Shown: positions 13,098-26,523 of the stretch, in pieces
Layout: every line of letters begins with the position of its first letter
How positions within the stretch are numbered: position 1 is the stretch's first letter
NCBI GenBank assembly: GCA_043228905.1
Contig: JBHGNT010000021.1
Location: 10,106,001-10,170,000 of the forward strand
DNA length: 64,000 nt
Source: Azolla caroliniana
Lineage: Eukaryota; Plantae; Polypodiophyta
Direction of reading: 5' to 3'
Notes under the pieces: generated by a model
What the model saw: the letters and a program-made list of their open reading frames with translations, nothing else
Database searches by the model: none
What the model was told of the DNA's origin: nothing
Translations under genes and position numbers: made by a program

Positions 13098-13571
13098 TAT
13101 AAGTTTCTTTTTCACCAAAAAAGAATATACTCCATTAGTTAAAATATACATAGCTTAGATCCCATTATCGGGTAGGCCTTGCCTAAACTATCCTATCATT
13201 CATGAGTGATCTCACTTATTTATCTTACACTTTTGCATGGGTCTCTAACCAAACTTTCATACACATCCATCACCTTCATTCAATATCCCCCATGACATCT
13301 CGTTCACACCTCGCCTTCAACTAATTGGAGGGGGGAACAACCATCTAGGTACTACATACTTCCACCGTATATCCATTCCATTTGTTGTGGCCATCGGTGT
13401 AGTACACCAACATTTTCTAAAATTTAGCCTCATTAATTCCGAAGCATCATCAATACCATCAATCTGCTCATATTGAGCTCTTAGTGTAGTTATTAGTGTG
13501 TGCCATATTAGCTTAATCGATTCAACTGGAGGGCGTTTGTTTGCTGAAAATACCTTGGTACACCTTGATGT

Positions 13572-13904
13572 TGTCGCGGATTTCCGCGAGCGTGTGTTGA
13601 AATGGGGTGGAATCACTGGGGTGTCGGACCAAGGAGCCGGTGAGAAAAGACGAATGTCCGGACAGCGAACGCACGGGCTCAGAGATGTATACCGTTTTGG
13701 ACCAATTGATAGATAGCATCGATGAGCTCAAGGGCTCACGCACATGGAAATGGGCACCCAAACAGAAATAGAACAAATGCAAGAACATAGAGAGACATAA
13801 CAAGATTAATGATTAACAGAGGGAAATAGGAAATGACAACCGGCTCGATCGGCAATAGAGCTTCTAACGCTTCATGTGTACCCACACACATACATAGAAC
13901 AACG
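13572..13904. mobile_element. Truncated LTR (TGTCGCGG start; 4-bp-TSD gypsy lineage)
   Basis: Terminus resembles those at 11744 and 49974; preceded by ATGT; cut by the copia LTR at 13905. Confidence 0.55.
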
Positions 13905-14209
13905 TGTTGAGAAATGAACCGTCAATCCACAAAAAAAGGGAATATGCTGAAATACACAAACTCTGAAGCACAAAAAATAGTGTACACAGATTTAACGTGG
14001 AAACCCTAAAGCGGGTGAAAACCACGGAGAACAGAGCTTCACTATACAGTGGATATATAACAATAAGCTCAGAGTACAACACTCTCTACACAGAGTAAAC
14101 AGCCTCGACGGACTCTTGGCATATGCTATTCTGATCACAACTATGGTGCCGCTCACTCACTCACGCTCCCTCACACTCTTCTCTTCTCTCTCACTCTACA
14201 CCACATAGG

Positions 14210-14284
<75 letters not shown>

Positions 14285-16965
14285 ATGTTCTGTTTGCCCT
14301 AGGTGTATTTATACTAATACACAGAATAGGCTATTTACAATCATGGCCATTATTATTATCCAGTAATAATAATAGTAGTAGTCTTACTAATCAGCCGACT
14401 CATTCGTGGATTGTCGGGTCGGTCCAACTAGTTGGCCTGGTCATCAACCATCCGGTCCGCCCGACTAGCCGGTCGTGTCTTCAACCTCGATCAACTCTCT
14501 CTGAGTTGACTCTTCGATTGTCGGCTCTCATCCAATCAGTTGGCTCCTCCCACTGGAGGGACATACTCCTAACAAACTCCCCCATCACTCCTTTGGGGAG
14601 GAGTCCGTTATTCATGTCCTTTGTTGACAAACTCTATGTCAGTCCATCGATAGGTTCTTTGTCAGCATGTTAGATCCATTGTCGTCAGTATGGAACTTTA
14701 CGAGGGTAAACTCTCCTTCTTCGACTTTCTCTCGTAGCCAGTGATACCTTCTCTGTATGTGCTTGGTCTCGGAGTTGTATGCAACATTCTTGGCTATATG
14801 TATGACACTCTAGCTGTCACAGTGAAGCAAGAAATCCTTTTGCTTCATCCCCAACTTGCTAAGCAAGTTTCTCATCCAAATCAACTCCTTGCCGGCCTCT
14901 ACCGCTGCCATGTACTCTGCCTTTGTCATCGACAAGGCCACAAACTTCTGCAGTCGTGATTGCCACGACGCTGCTCCCCCTATATAGGTCATCACGTACC
15001 CTGACATGGATCGGCTTGAGTCTACATTCCCCGACATGTCCGAGTCAGTAAACCCTTCGAGCATGGGTTTTCCGACACTATACTTAAGACACACACCGGA
15101 GGTGCCTTTTAAATACTTGAGTATCCATTTCACTACTGCCCAATGTTCTTGTCCTGGATTACTCATGTATCGGCTTACTGTTCCCATAACAAATGGTATG
15201 TTTGGTCTCGTACAGACCATAGTATACATTAAGCTGTCGACGGCTAAGGCATATGGTATTTTCCTCATCTCAACCTTTTCTTTCTCCCCTCTTGGGCATT
15301 GCTTTGCATTTAACTTGCAGTTAGTCAGTAACACAGAGCCGACTGGCTTTGCTTCCGACATGTTGAATCTTTCTAGGATCTTAGTCACGTATTTCTCTTG
15401 TGACAACCACAACACTTTCTTAGTTCTATCTCAAACTATGTGCATCCTTAAGATCTGTTTAGCCGATCCAAGATCTTTCATGGCAAACAATTTGCCTAGA
15501 GCTTTCTTCAAGCTTCCCATCTTCCTTGTATCTTGATCGACTATCAACATGTCATCTACATATAACAAGTGAATCGAGAAGTCACCTTCATCATATCTTT
15601 TGACGAACACACAATAATCAACCTATGTTTTTTGGAACCTATGTTCCACCATCAAGGACTCGAACTTTTTGTACCATTGGCGTGGAGCTTGTTTCAACCC
15701 ACACAAGGTTTTCTTTAGTTGACACACCAGGTTCTCTTTCCCTTGTGCTCGTCGGCGATGGCTTCATCATAGCACTCTGGCTCACCTTCATTAGTCACGA
15801 GGATGTATTGACTGGCATATGTTGTCGGTGGCCTCCTTTCTTTGAGTGGGCCTTTCCTTCCACTCATTTTCGGCTTCTGTTCGGATGTTTCTGCCGACTC
15901 TACTCTTGGCTCATGTTTATGTATGTCGATTAGCTTCTCAAGGTTGGACGACTCCAACTTGTATTTCTCGATCGATCTTAACAGCTATGCCGACTCAGAC
16001 TCATAGTCGGTCGGTGTCTTTGAGCCAACCGACTCGGATTCGGCTATGCCGATTGGCTGTCTCCGAACAACTAACTGTGTCGGTTCACTTGGCCTCAAGT
16101 CGATAATAGTGGAGGTTGACTAGTCAGTCGATTCCGAATTTTGTTGCTTCCAGTCCTCTATAGTCTTGTCTTCCAAGAAGACTACGTCCCAACTCCTCAC
16201 TACCTTCTTGTCGACTAGGTCCTATAGCCTATAACCAAAATCATTTTTCGAGTATCCCATGAATATGCATGGTTTCGACTTACTGTCAAGCTTTGACCTT
16301 TGATTCTTAGCTACATGGATATACCGTAGGCATGCGAACACCCTCAGGTATCGGTACGAGACATCCTTTCCTGTACACACCATTTGTGGGACATCACCTT
16401 TCAACGGTATTGAGGGGGATTTGTTGATCAGATAAACATCTGTGTACATCATCTCAACCCAATATATTTTCGGTAGATTAGCATGCGACAACATGCTCCT
16501 TACTCTCTCCATGATCGTCAGGTTCATCCTCTCTGCCTATTCAACTCAGGGGTCTTCGGTACTGTGTATTCGATTCGAATACCTTGGGCCTTGAAGTATT
16601 CCTCGAACTGCCCTTTATATTTGCCACCATTGTCAGTTCGAACAACCTTCAACTTTTGACTTGACTCCCGTTCAGCTCTTTCCTGGAACTCCTTGAAAAA
16701 TGACAGCACTTGATCTTTTGACATTAGTACAAAAGCCCTCAATTTCCGATTGTAGTCGTCGATGAAAGTCACAAAGTACTGCCCGCCTCGATGCAACAGA
16801 GCATCTACATAACACAAATCCGTGTGTACCAGTTCCAGTGCAACTTCTTTTCTTCTAGGTGGCCGTGTGTGGAATGCTGCTCTATTCTGCTTTTTGACTA
16901 AGCAATCGATGCACTTCTCTAGGTGCACTCCCTTTACTTTTGGTAGAAGCTTCTGGTCGGCCAAT
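13905..16965 (-). mobile_element. Truncated Ty1/copia: 3' LTR 13905-14574, RNase H/RT, integrase
   Basis: PPT reverse complement at 14575; RT/RH ORF 14810-15415; integrase ORFs 16222-16964 (CIDC...FIDD...RTDNGG); internal RT deletion at about 15740; (CA)n at 14223-14282 inside the LTR. Confidence 0.92.
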
Positions 16966-17562
16966 TGAATATGCCCATAGCTAACTAGCTACCAGTAATA
17001 GCTAATTAGTTACCAAAATAGCTAATTAGCTCCCTAGGTATATCGAACATAGCTATTTAACTACCAAAATAACTAATTAGCTACCATTCATAGCTATTTA
17101 GCTACCACAATACCTAATTAGCTGCCTATAACAATAGCTAATTAGCTATTAAAATTGGCTAAAGTATGGTAGTAGCTAATTAGCTACCACTTAGCTAATT
17201 AGCTACCCAGATGAAGTATGGTAGTAGCTAATTAGCTACCAGTTAGCTAATTAGCGACTCAGCTAAAGCATAGTAGTAGCTAATGAGCCACTATAACTAA
17301 AGTATGGTAGTAGCTAATTAGCTAAGTGTTAGCTAATTAGCTACTCAGCTAAAGTATGGTAGTAGCTAATTAGCTACTCAGTTGAAGTATGGTAGTAGCT
17401 AATTAGCTACTCAGCTAAAGTATGGTAGTAGCTAATTAGCTACAACTTAGCTAATTAGCTACTCAACTGAAGTATGGTAGTAGCTAATTAGCTACTAGTT
17501 AGGTAATTAGCGACTCAGCTAAAGTATGGTAGTAGCTAATTAGCTACCACTTAACTATTTAG

Positions 17563-18180
17563 TGTTGAGCGGCAAGCTCAACCGGATCTGGATCGCCATC
17601 CGGAAGGATGAGCCGGATTGGTGAGCCAATGAGCAAACGAGCCGGTGAGCTGGAGGGCCGTTTAGCCAGATCAAGCAGTAACAGGAAGCCTAGTAGCAGC
17701 CTAGACTACTAGGTAGTTAATGTCTCGTAGTGAGTGTCAGATGCTCGCGTGAGCATTAAAGTACATTGTACCTCTGTCAGTCCTCTTAGGACTTGTATAA
17801 ATAGTGTTGTTGAGCATGTTGTATGCACAGAGATTCTTACAGAGTTGTTGATAATAGATTTAAGTTGTTCTTTTTTTTCTCTGTCTCTCTTGCATACCTT
17901 TTGTGTGTTAATCTCTCTCTTTGTTGCTATCCAGCTAAGCCGGTCTTCTAAAACCTCTGCACCTTCACTTTTACATGGTATCAGAGTACAAGGGTTGAGA
18001 ACCTCTACAGTCGACATCAGCATCTGAAGACAAACCCTAAGATCCGGTAAGAATAGAAAGAGAAGTGATGGACAGAGGAATGGCTAGCTCGCTCCCAGTG
18101 GAGAAGTTAGACAGATCCAACTACGCATCTTGGTCATACAAGATGCACCAGTACCTCCTTGGGCATGGTTACTGGAGCTA
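17563..18180 (+). mobile_element. Ty1/copia 5' fragment: LTR 17563-17975, iMet PBS, gag start
   Basis: TG..CA LTR; TGGTATCAGAG at 17976; MDRGMASSLPVEKLDRSNYASWSYKMHQY from 18068; truncated into the array at an AGCTA microhomology. Confidence 0.88.
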
Positions 18181-18293
18181 ATTAGCTACTCAACTAAACT
18201 ATGGTAGTAGCTAATTAGCTATTGCACTAAACTATGGTAGTAGCTAATTAGCTACTATACTAAACTATTTAGCTACTACATAGCTAATGTATT

Positions 18294-18526
18294 TTTTTTT
18301 TCTTATTTGTTTATACTACTTTAGTATTTTTTATCTTTGGTTCGCCTGAAGGCTACAACTCACACGAAGTCATGTTTTATTAGCAGTACAAACTTTGTCT
18401 CCACTATCTTCGTTGTCGTCACTTACGGGCACAAACTGCCCTTTTTAGGTACCACATGTATGTTGGTGCGGGGAGACTCGAACCTCCAACCTAGTGGTTG
18501 GAGTGTCCCCCCATTACCATTACACT
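18294..18526 (-). mobile_element. tRNA-derived SINE
   Basis: Minus strand has A-box-like AGTGTAATGG, B-box GGTTCGAGTC and an A-rich tail; 13-bp TSD TAGCTAATGTATT at 18281-18293 and 18527-18539. Confidence 0.8.
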
Positions 18527-19210
18527 TAGCTAATGTATTAAACTACGGTAGTAGTTAATTAGCTACCACAACTAATTAGCTACTGTACAAAATTATGGTA
18601 GTAGCTAATTAGCTACCACTTAGCTAATTAGCTATTGTACTAAACTATGGTAGTAGCTAATTAGCTACTGTACTAAACTATGGTAGTAGCTAATTAGCTG
18701 CCATTTAGGTAATTAGTTACCATTTAGCTAATTAGCTATTGTATTAAACTATGGTAGTAGCTAATTAGCTAAGTGGTAGCTAATTAGCTACTCAGCTAAC
18801 GTATGCTAGTAGCTAATTACCTACCACTTAGCTAATTAGCTACTATACTAAACTATGGTAGTAGCTAATTAGCTACTGCACTGAACTATGGTAGTAGCTA
18901 ATTAGCTCCACTTAGCTAATTAGCTATTGTACTAAACTATGGTAGTAGGTAATTAGTTACCACTTAGCTAATTAGCTACTGTACTAAACTATAGTAGTAG
19001 CTAATTAGCTACCATTTAGCTCATTAGCTAATGTATTAAACTATGGTAGTAGCTAATTAGCTTCCACTTAGCTAATTAGCTACTCAGGTGAGGTATGGTA
19101 GTAGATAATTAGCTACTGTAGTAAACTATGATAGTAGCTAATTAGTTACCACTTAGCTAATTAGCTACATGTTACGTAATTAGCTACTACACTACAACCA
19201 TAATAGCTAA

Positions 19211-19638
19211 CTCTTCGGGCCGGACAATGGCCTAACACAGGGTGTCTACGGGAGACACTTCACCAAAGGGTGTTACGGCAACCGGATTAGACTTCAACGC
19301 TTAATCCGACTTAATTAAGTTACTTATTAGGATCGTCTTTCATAACACGCGTAAGATATAACAATTAAGACAGAACGGCAATTAACACAGAGAGATAACA
19401 ACGCTTAAGCTTTCATTAATTAACCGCTAACTATTACATTGTATCCGGGCCTTTAAATAGGTTTCCGGTCTGTATTACAAAACGGTGCCATCCGCACCTG
19501 TTCGGGATCGGTCCGGATCCGGAACGGCATACCGATTCCGGTCCGTCCATCCACACTCATAGCTTAATTACAACCACATTCCTACTACATAATTAGCTCT
19601 CCGTTTCCCACTCTGGACTCCTTTGCCGACCGGTAACA
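19211..19638. mobile_element. LTR (19271-19638) plus 60 bp of adjacent sequence, flanked by a 104-bp direct repeat
   Basis: TGTTAC...GTAACA termini; flanks 19107-19210 and 19638-19741 are duplicates with one mismatch. Confidence 0.7.
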
Positions 19639-19829
19639 ATTAGCTACTGTAGTAAACTATGATAGTAGCTAATTAGTTACCACTTAGCTAATTAACTACA
19701 TGTTACGTAATTAGCTACTACACTACAACCATAATAGCTAAATAGTTTGCACACTTTATACAACTTACCTAATTAGCAAAGATGGAACTAATTAGCTACA
19801 CTATATGGTCACAAACAACAATCCCCCTA

Positions 19830-21095
19830 ATAGAATGCAGCAATGCGACAGGCATATTAAAAACAAACGATATGGTATGTGTGCTGGCATGGTTGTAGGT
19901 GAACCAACAGAGTAGCAGATTTGTCCTCTACATGTAATCCACAAGTGATGCAACGTGCTTGAACAGATTTGTCCTCTCCTTTATTTGGTAAGGGAGCAAG
20001 AATGTTTAGGTCCAATTCTTGTATGCTCCTTACCATCCCCTCCGCAAAATGTAGCCACTTCTTAAGGCAACTAACTACCTGTTCTTGACGGGAGTATTGT
20101 TCCTTTAGCGTAGCCGAGAAATTTACCGACTAATTATTCTTTAATGAGGAAGATACAACAACAAGAAACAAGAATCATTAACTTACTTGTAGCTTTTCCA
20201 AATTGTAATCAGTGACAGTATTTACACCTAGAAGGTCCAGGTTCATTGAAAGAACCTGGATCTCTGTCTGCAGTTGAATTTTCTGTTGGGGATCCAACAA
20301 CCCCTCAATTTCAAGTTCATGTTGAGCAACCTATTCCAGATAATGCCTCAGTAGCACATTTTCATGTACAAGTTATTTATAACATATTACATACTAGCAA
20401 AACAATAGGTACCTGAATCTTATTTTTGATTGTTGTAACTGCCAAAGTGACTTTGCTCTCCATCGCAGCAACCAATGTTGATTTCTCTAAATCAGTCTTA
20501 AAAAACTCCAATGTCTCACAGGTTTCATGGACACTTTTTAGCATATAGCTAATCAATGTCTCACCTGTATCATCGACATTGGCTTTCATTGTGTGTCGGT
20601 ATGGCGTATACTTGCGGGTTTGTTGGGAGTCAGCAGTTGCATCATCAATTGCCATGCTCCAAAATCTTGCCATTTTTTGTTGCAAGCTCCTCATCTTTCG
20701 ACATCTTTCTACCGATGCCTCACCATAAATTGCCCAAGCTACCCTATACATTTCAGGGTCACGAGATTCCTTTGCTGTTTTGCAATACTCGTATGCAAAA
20801 GCTCTGGCAAATGAAACGGACAACTCGTTGTTCACCGGGATCTCTTGATGTACTTTCTGGTGCAGTCTCATGCAGTTGTTGTACAGGTCCAGTCGTACAT
20901 GCTTGAGCTTGACCTTTCCTTTCACTCTAGGCACTTTATATACTGACATCCAGTCTACATCACTAATCAATCTATCTGTTAGAACAACAGGGTCAATACC
21001 CTCGAGCGACAGACCATATATGTTGTGAAAGTCCTCCTTTGTCTCGCAAAATTTTGCGAAGTTCAGCACTCTAGGATAGGGAGGAACGAGCCACT
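19830..21095 (-). pseudogene. Transposon-associated multi-exon gene: unknown domain + coiled coil + RING-H2-like finger
   Basis: ORF 20377-21069 (KVHQEIPVNNELSVSFARAF...VAWA); splice donors at about 20412 and 20186; last exon RCITCG...PCQHTYHIVCF* with a premature stop. Further 5' exons likely up to about 21800. Confidence 0.6.
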
Positions 21096-21917
21096 TGAAA
21101 TAGAAAATCAGTAATCAGAATTGGTGCAAAAACATAATTTTTAATGTGAATTTGGTGCAAAATTACAACACTTTGAGACAGTAATCTGAAATTTGTAATT
21201 TGTCCTTTTCAACATGTATCAGAAATCAACCACTTAAAAAATCAAAAACCCTAATCAGAAATTGTCATGAGAATTGGTGCAAAATGACAACAGATTGCGA
21301 CAGTAATCAGAAATTTGTAACTAGAAACTTGCAATCTGAAATTTGTAATCAGAAACCCTAAACCACTTAAGGGAAACACAAACCCTAATCATCACTAAAG
21401 GCAGAAATCAACCGTACTACGAAATTCTGTCAATCAGAAACACACTTGCTGCTACACCCCGATCTTCGAGACATCCTTGTTTGGGACTCCAACGACTTCG
21501 CCCTATTCGATTTTTGGGAAAGATGAACAGGCACCAAAGTTAATGACAGTTATTAGAAAGGAAATTTTTATTTTTTTTAATATGTAACTGATACATACCT
21601 GGACGAGGATCGACTAGCTCGTGTGTTGTAGCTCTGAAGGTGCAATGTCGATCTCAGAGTTTTTGTGTTGCTGTGGGGGCTTCGTCTACGTTCATGCTCA
21701 GAGTACTCCATTTGTTTGGAGTTCGAACTCGAACTCAGGATTAGCAAGAATTAGATGACATTCAAGTTGAGCTTAGATGATGGCACTATTCCCCATGTTC
21801 CACTACGTCAGAAACCAAAGTTCAAATATTTGAGTATTCTCATCAATTAAATGACATGTATTTAACTAATAAAACATAAAATTTCCTAAACCATCCTTAT
21901 GATTTTCCCACAAAAAA

Positions 21918-21952
21918 CTAGCTAAACAAATAGCTAATTAGCTATAATAGTG
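21918..21952. mobile_element. Candidate CACTA terminus
   Basis: Reverse complement from 21952 reads CACTATTATAGCTAATTAGCTA, i.e. CACTA next to the array palindrome. No matching opposite end found. Confidence 0.45.
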
Positions 21953-22579
21953 TTTCCACTCGCATGTTTTTACCCCCCCCCCCCCCTCTCTCTCTCTTCT
22001 GTCTCAAAGTTGTCAGTTGGACAATGATAGAAAGTTTCTATTGCACACACTACATGTCTCTCTCTTGCGCTCTCTCTCACCCCACCTTTGAATCTTTGTT
22101 TCCCCTCGTTCTGTGCTTGTTGCTTTTGTTGTTTCCCTACGTTCTCTGAACTCTGTATATAGAGAGATTGTTGTGCAACCAACATGCGTCCTTTGTGTGT
22201 CGTGGCCTCTGTGCAACCTGCAGGACGGATCGTTGCATTGAATAGGTTGATGTGTTGCCTATTGTGAACTCCTCTACCGTGACTGAGCAACAACATTTTT
22301 TGTGTCCTCTACAACGACCTCTTGCATATAGGTGATTTCCTCGGCCCTATGTGCTCCCGAGGTGAAGACATCAACGCAGTGTGTTGCATGTCCGACTATT
22401 TTGATTTTTTGTTTTCTCTATGCTACATGTTCGACTGTTTTGATTTTTGTTTCTGTTTGTGTTGGATGAGTTTTTGTTCTCTGTCCAAGAAGAGGCTTGT
22501 ACATGCAACCAAGATTGAATTGGCTACGATGATTTGCTGGTTGTTGATTGTTGTTTGATGAGTTTTCTCCTCTGATCAA

Positions 22580-23929
22580 TTGGGAGTCTTGTACATGCAT
22601 ATTCTTTCAACAAGAAGAGCGAAGACCAGGACAATGAAGAAAAGGACACCCACAAAGAAGACATTGGTCAAAGAGAAAATGAAGACACCAGTGAAGGAAA
22701 CAAAAAGGACGCCTATCAAAGAAAGCAAGAAGACACCCACAAGAGAAAGGGTGATGAGTTCATCAACTCAGAGGAAGAAGATGTGCCACTCCATCATTCC
22801 AGGCACACCTCCGGGATGACGTTATTTCCTTCGAGTACGACCTGAAGTTTATGAAGAGTTGAGAGAGTGGTTCATGAAAACTTGGGGGTCACCACATCTC
22901 GATACAAGCCAAGGATTCCACATAAGTGGGTTGAAGAAGGAAAATGTGAACTTATTGAAAACGAGATATGAACATGTTTATGATACTAATCAAATCTGTA
23001 ACAATGAGGTCAATACTGTTTTTGTACGTGCAGGTGAAGTTCATGGTGGCATCGACGTTGATTGGGAAGATTTTAATCATCACCGATCAGAGCATTACAG
23101 AGGGTCCTCTAGTACCAACATTGACTTGAAGTCGGAGGGAACCTCTCATGTGAATATTCCGGCTAGGACACCTATCCACCAAGTGCAATCAACAAAAGTA
23201 AGGGCCACAATGATTGAAAAACATGAACAGATGATGGTCGGTTGCATAGCTGCCATGAACTCAAAAATACAAGCACTACTTGCTGATTTGGAAGTAGTTA
23301 AATCAGCTGAGATGGCGGTAGAAAATCGATTCTCTTCAATAAAGACTACATATGAATGGATTGCATTGACAATCCTAAATTCAGAAAGTGAGGTGTTGAA
23401 AGAGGAGTCGAAGAAAGAGCTGAACAATATGGGCACTAAATTAGGATCACAGATGAGAGATCTTGATACTTGTAGAAATGCACATTGCAAACTGGATAAT
23501 GAGTTGATAGCTTTAAAGTTGCATTCTGAGAACCTTGTGTGCTTGATGAAGGATTTAAAACAGAAAGGTTTTGAAACTATGTGTCCATCTGTAGTTGAGC
23601 ACCCAGCTGGTATGGAAAGTAGCATTACAAGTATAACTATATCAGGGTATTGGCTTTATAAGTTATTTATTTTTACTTCTATGGCATAAAATATCATATT
23701 AGCTAATATATTGTTATTCGTGTCTGCAAATTGCCAGGTGTATAGTTTGTGGCTCAGATTCAAGCTTGAGGCTATGGATGTTGTGATTACACCATGCTTG
23801 CACACATATAATTTACTATGTGCTAAGTACCATTTTGAGAAAGAAAATACATGTATGCACTGTAAAAGTACAGTTGATGTTGAATGGTACTTAGCTTGGG
23901 GTTTAAAAGTACACCCATACGGTATGTGA
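22580..23929 (+). pseudogene. Paralogous transposon-associated gene: K/RTP-repeat N-terminus + unknown domain + coiled coil + RING finger
   Basis: ORFs 22580-22819 and 22859-23689 are in the same frame, split by one TGA. Contains HVYDTNQICNNEVNTVFVRA...VDW. Intron 23647-23737 gives SGCIVCG; after a 1-nt frameshift, TPCLHTYNLLC...CMHC. Confidence 0.65.
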
Positions 23930-24576
23930 CTCTACTAACACATTCGCGTTCACAAGTGGAAGGATCGCGCATTCCACTTATAGATTCCTTTTATAATCTT
24001 GCGATTTTAGGGAATTTTCATAAACTTGATACACCAGGATCACATGTTTTAAATAACATGTAAAATTTGCTAATTTCTAAAATTTAAAAGTTTTTCAATA
24101 AATGTTTAAACGTTGATGGTCTGCAAATATGAAATGTAGTTAACTTAAAGAAAATCACAATGGTTAACTCAAGGCACAAGTTAAGATTAATGGTTCCAGA
24201 AGTGGAAGTTACATCTATTGTTAGACTTGAAAATATTTTAAGTGTAAGAGGTAACATTGTAATCCTTAATGCCATCATCTATAAATTTAGTGCTCATTAA
24301 CATCCATATATTCACAACTCAAGAAATGTATACAATATTCATAAACAATTTTGATAAATCAATAACTCCTAAAATGTAGACGATATTCATAAACTGTCAA
24401 AATTGCCAAACTTAGATGTAAACATTAATATATCGATTTGAACATATCACATAGTTATGACGGTATCCACAATGGTCTCCTCTTCTTATTTTGAGAACTC
24501 CCCTACAAAATTTGTGAAGTAAATGACATTTGCAAGGTTCAATTACCATCAACACAATTATTAATGGTTTTTTGTT

Positions 24577-26523
24577 AATCAAGGAAGCACATGTTCACCA
24601 TAAGGTATCTTGTTTTGCAACATACTTCTTTACAGTATCAATATGCATCTTTTACTCTTGTAAAAATAGAGATTTTAGTACAATTCGAGTTCATGTAAAC
24701 CCTAAACCTCTTTTTTTGATTTTTTTTTTTTTTTTCTAAACATGAACTTGATATATTGTATCGAGTTGATGTAAAAAACAAAGTTTTCATCACAATTCCA
24801 TAACATGTATCAAAGTTTTTTTCCCCGTTTTTAAAAACATAAAAATATTGAGCTTGAGTTGATGAAAATACTAGATTTTTCATTACAATTCAATGCCATG
24901 TATCGAGTTCATGTTTAAAGTATATTTTATTTTATTTTTTCAATTTTTTTTCAAATTTTTTTTTTTTTGGAAAAATAAAACTTTAAACATGAATTCGATA
25001 CATTGCATCGACTTGTGATGAAAAATCTGGTTTTTTCATCACTTCAAGCTCAAAAACAATTTCAAAAAAAGAAACAAAAACAACCAAAATAAATAGAACA
25101 AAAATCTATTTTGTTAAAAAGAAAAACCCAAAAAAACACTTCAAACATGAACCCGATACATTGTATCTAGTTCATGTAAAAAAGTCAGCTTTTCAACACG
25201 AACTCACTACAATGTATCAAGTTTGTGTTTAAAACATTTCAACACAAACTCCATACGAGTTCATGTTGAAAAGTTAACTTTTTGACACGAACTCGATACA
25301 TTGTATTGAACTGTATCGAGTCTGTGTCGAAAAGTTGACTTTTCAACATGAACTCGTATGGAGTTTGTGTTGAAATGTTTTAAACAACGTATCAAGTATT
25401 GTCCACCGGAGACGGACTAGTGAGAAATGAGGCGGGAATTAAGGCGGACTAGTGTATAAGCGTAGCTTTGTAATGATGGAAACGTTAGAAAGTAGAAATG
25501 CATGTAACGGTTCACGCAGTAAGTGTAACTGTCTATGGCCTGTATATATAAAGGGCATAAGAACATTGTAAAGAGCTAGCGTAGTTTTTCTATAACCCGT
25601 TTAATATAGTCGTACTGTCTTTTTGAACTCTGTGTTTATTCATAAGTGTATCCATTACATAGGGTAAGTAAGCGTATTTGTGTAAAATGCGACGCACGAC
25701 AAGGAGCTCGGTTGTAGTCGTCCCCTATTAAGCACCCTACCTCAAAGGGCATCCCATGACGTACCACCTATTTGCGATTGTCTAAGGTTAGCCATACTAT
25801 GCTCTCTATTCCCTGTACCACAATCCCCTTGAGGTGTACCCCGAAGGACAAATGTAGGCCGTGTTTTCTAGAGGGATAACATCGAGTTCGTGTCGAAAAG
25901 CTAATTTTTTCAACACGAACTTGATATAATGTATTGAGTTTGTGTTGAAAACTCTGTTTTTTAAACACTTGATACAATTTATGGAGTTCATGTTCAAAGT
26001 TTTTCTTTTGGGTTTCTATTTATTTTGGTTTTTTTGGTTCTTTATTTTAAATTTGAGCTTGAAGTAATGAAAAAACTAGAGTTTTCATCACAAGTCGATA
26101 CAATGTATCGAATTCATGTTTAAAGTTTTTTTTTCCAAAAAACTTAAAAAAATTAAAACAATTTTGAAAAATAAATAAATAAAAACTTTAAACATGAACT
26201 CGATACACTATATTGAATCGTGGTGAAAAAACTGGTTTTTTCATCCACCCAAGCTTGATAATCAGGGAAAGAAAACTTTGAACATGAATTTGATACATTG
26301 TATGGAATTATAATGAAGACTATTTTTTACATTAACTCGATACAATGTATCGAGTTCATGTTTAGAAATCTTCTTCTTTTTTCAAATAAAAGAGGTTTTT
26401 TAAACATGAACTCGAATTGTACTAAAATCTTTGTTTTTATAAGAGAAAAAGATGCATATCGATACTACAAAGAAGTATGTTGCACAACAAGATACCTTAT
26501 AGTGAACATGTGCTTCATTGATT
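24577..26523. mobile_element. Foldback-type element with long modular inverted repeats
   Basis: 24586-24700 is the reverse complement of 26400-26515; repeated CATGAACTCGATACA modules; inner palindrome centred at about 25305. Confidence 0.75.
25397..25881. mobile_element. Solo LTR
   Basis: TATTGTCC...GGATAACA termini (TG mutated); TSD TCAAG/TCGAG; internal TATATAAA. Confidence 0.65.

Larger units (their letters stand above)
16978..19800. repeat. Array of the palindrome TAGCTAATTAGCTA with AAAC/GTATGGTAG linkers, interrupted by three insertions
   Basis: Dozens of copies with about 17-33 bp periodicity; the same motif recurs at 21931-21944. Confidence 0.95.

Noticed and set aside
16978-19800. 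CRISPR-like appearance of the palindromic array
   Set aside because: Linkers are themselves repeated rather than unique spacers, there are no cas genes, and the context is eukaryotic.
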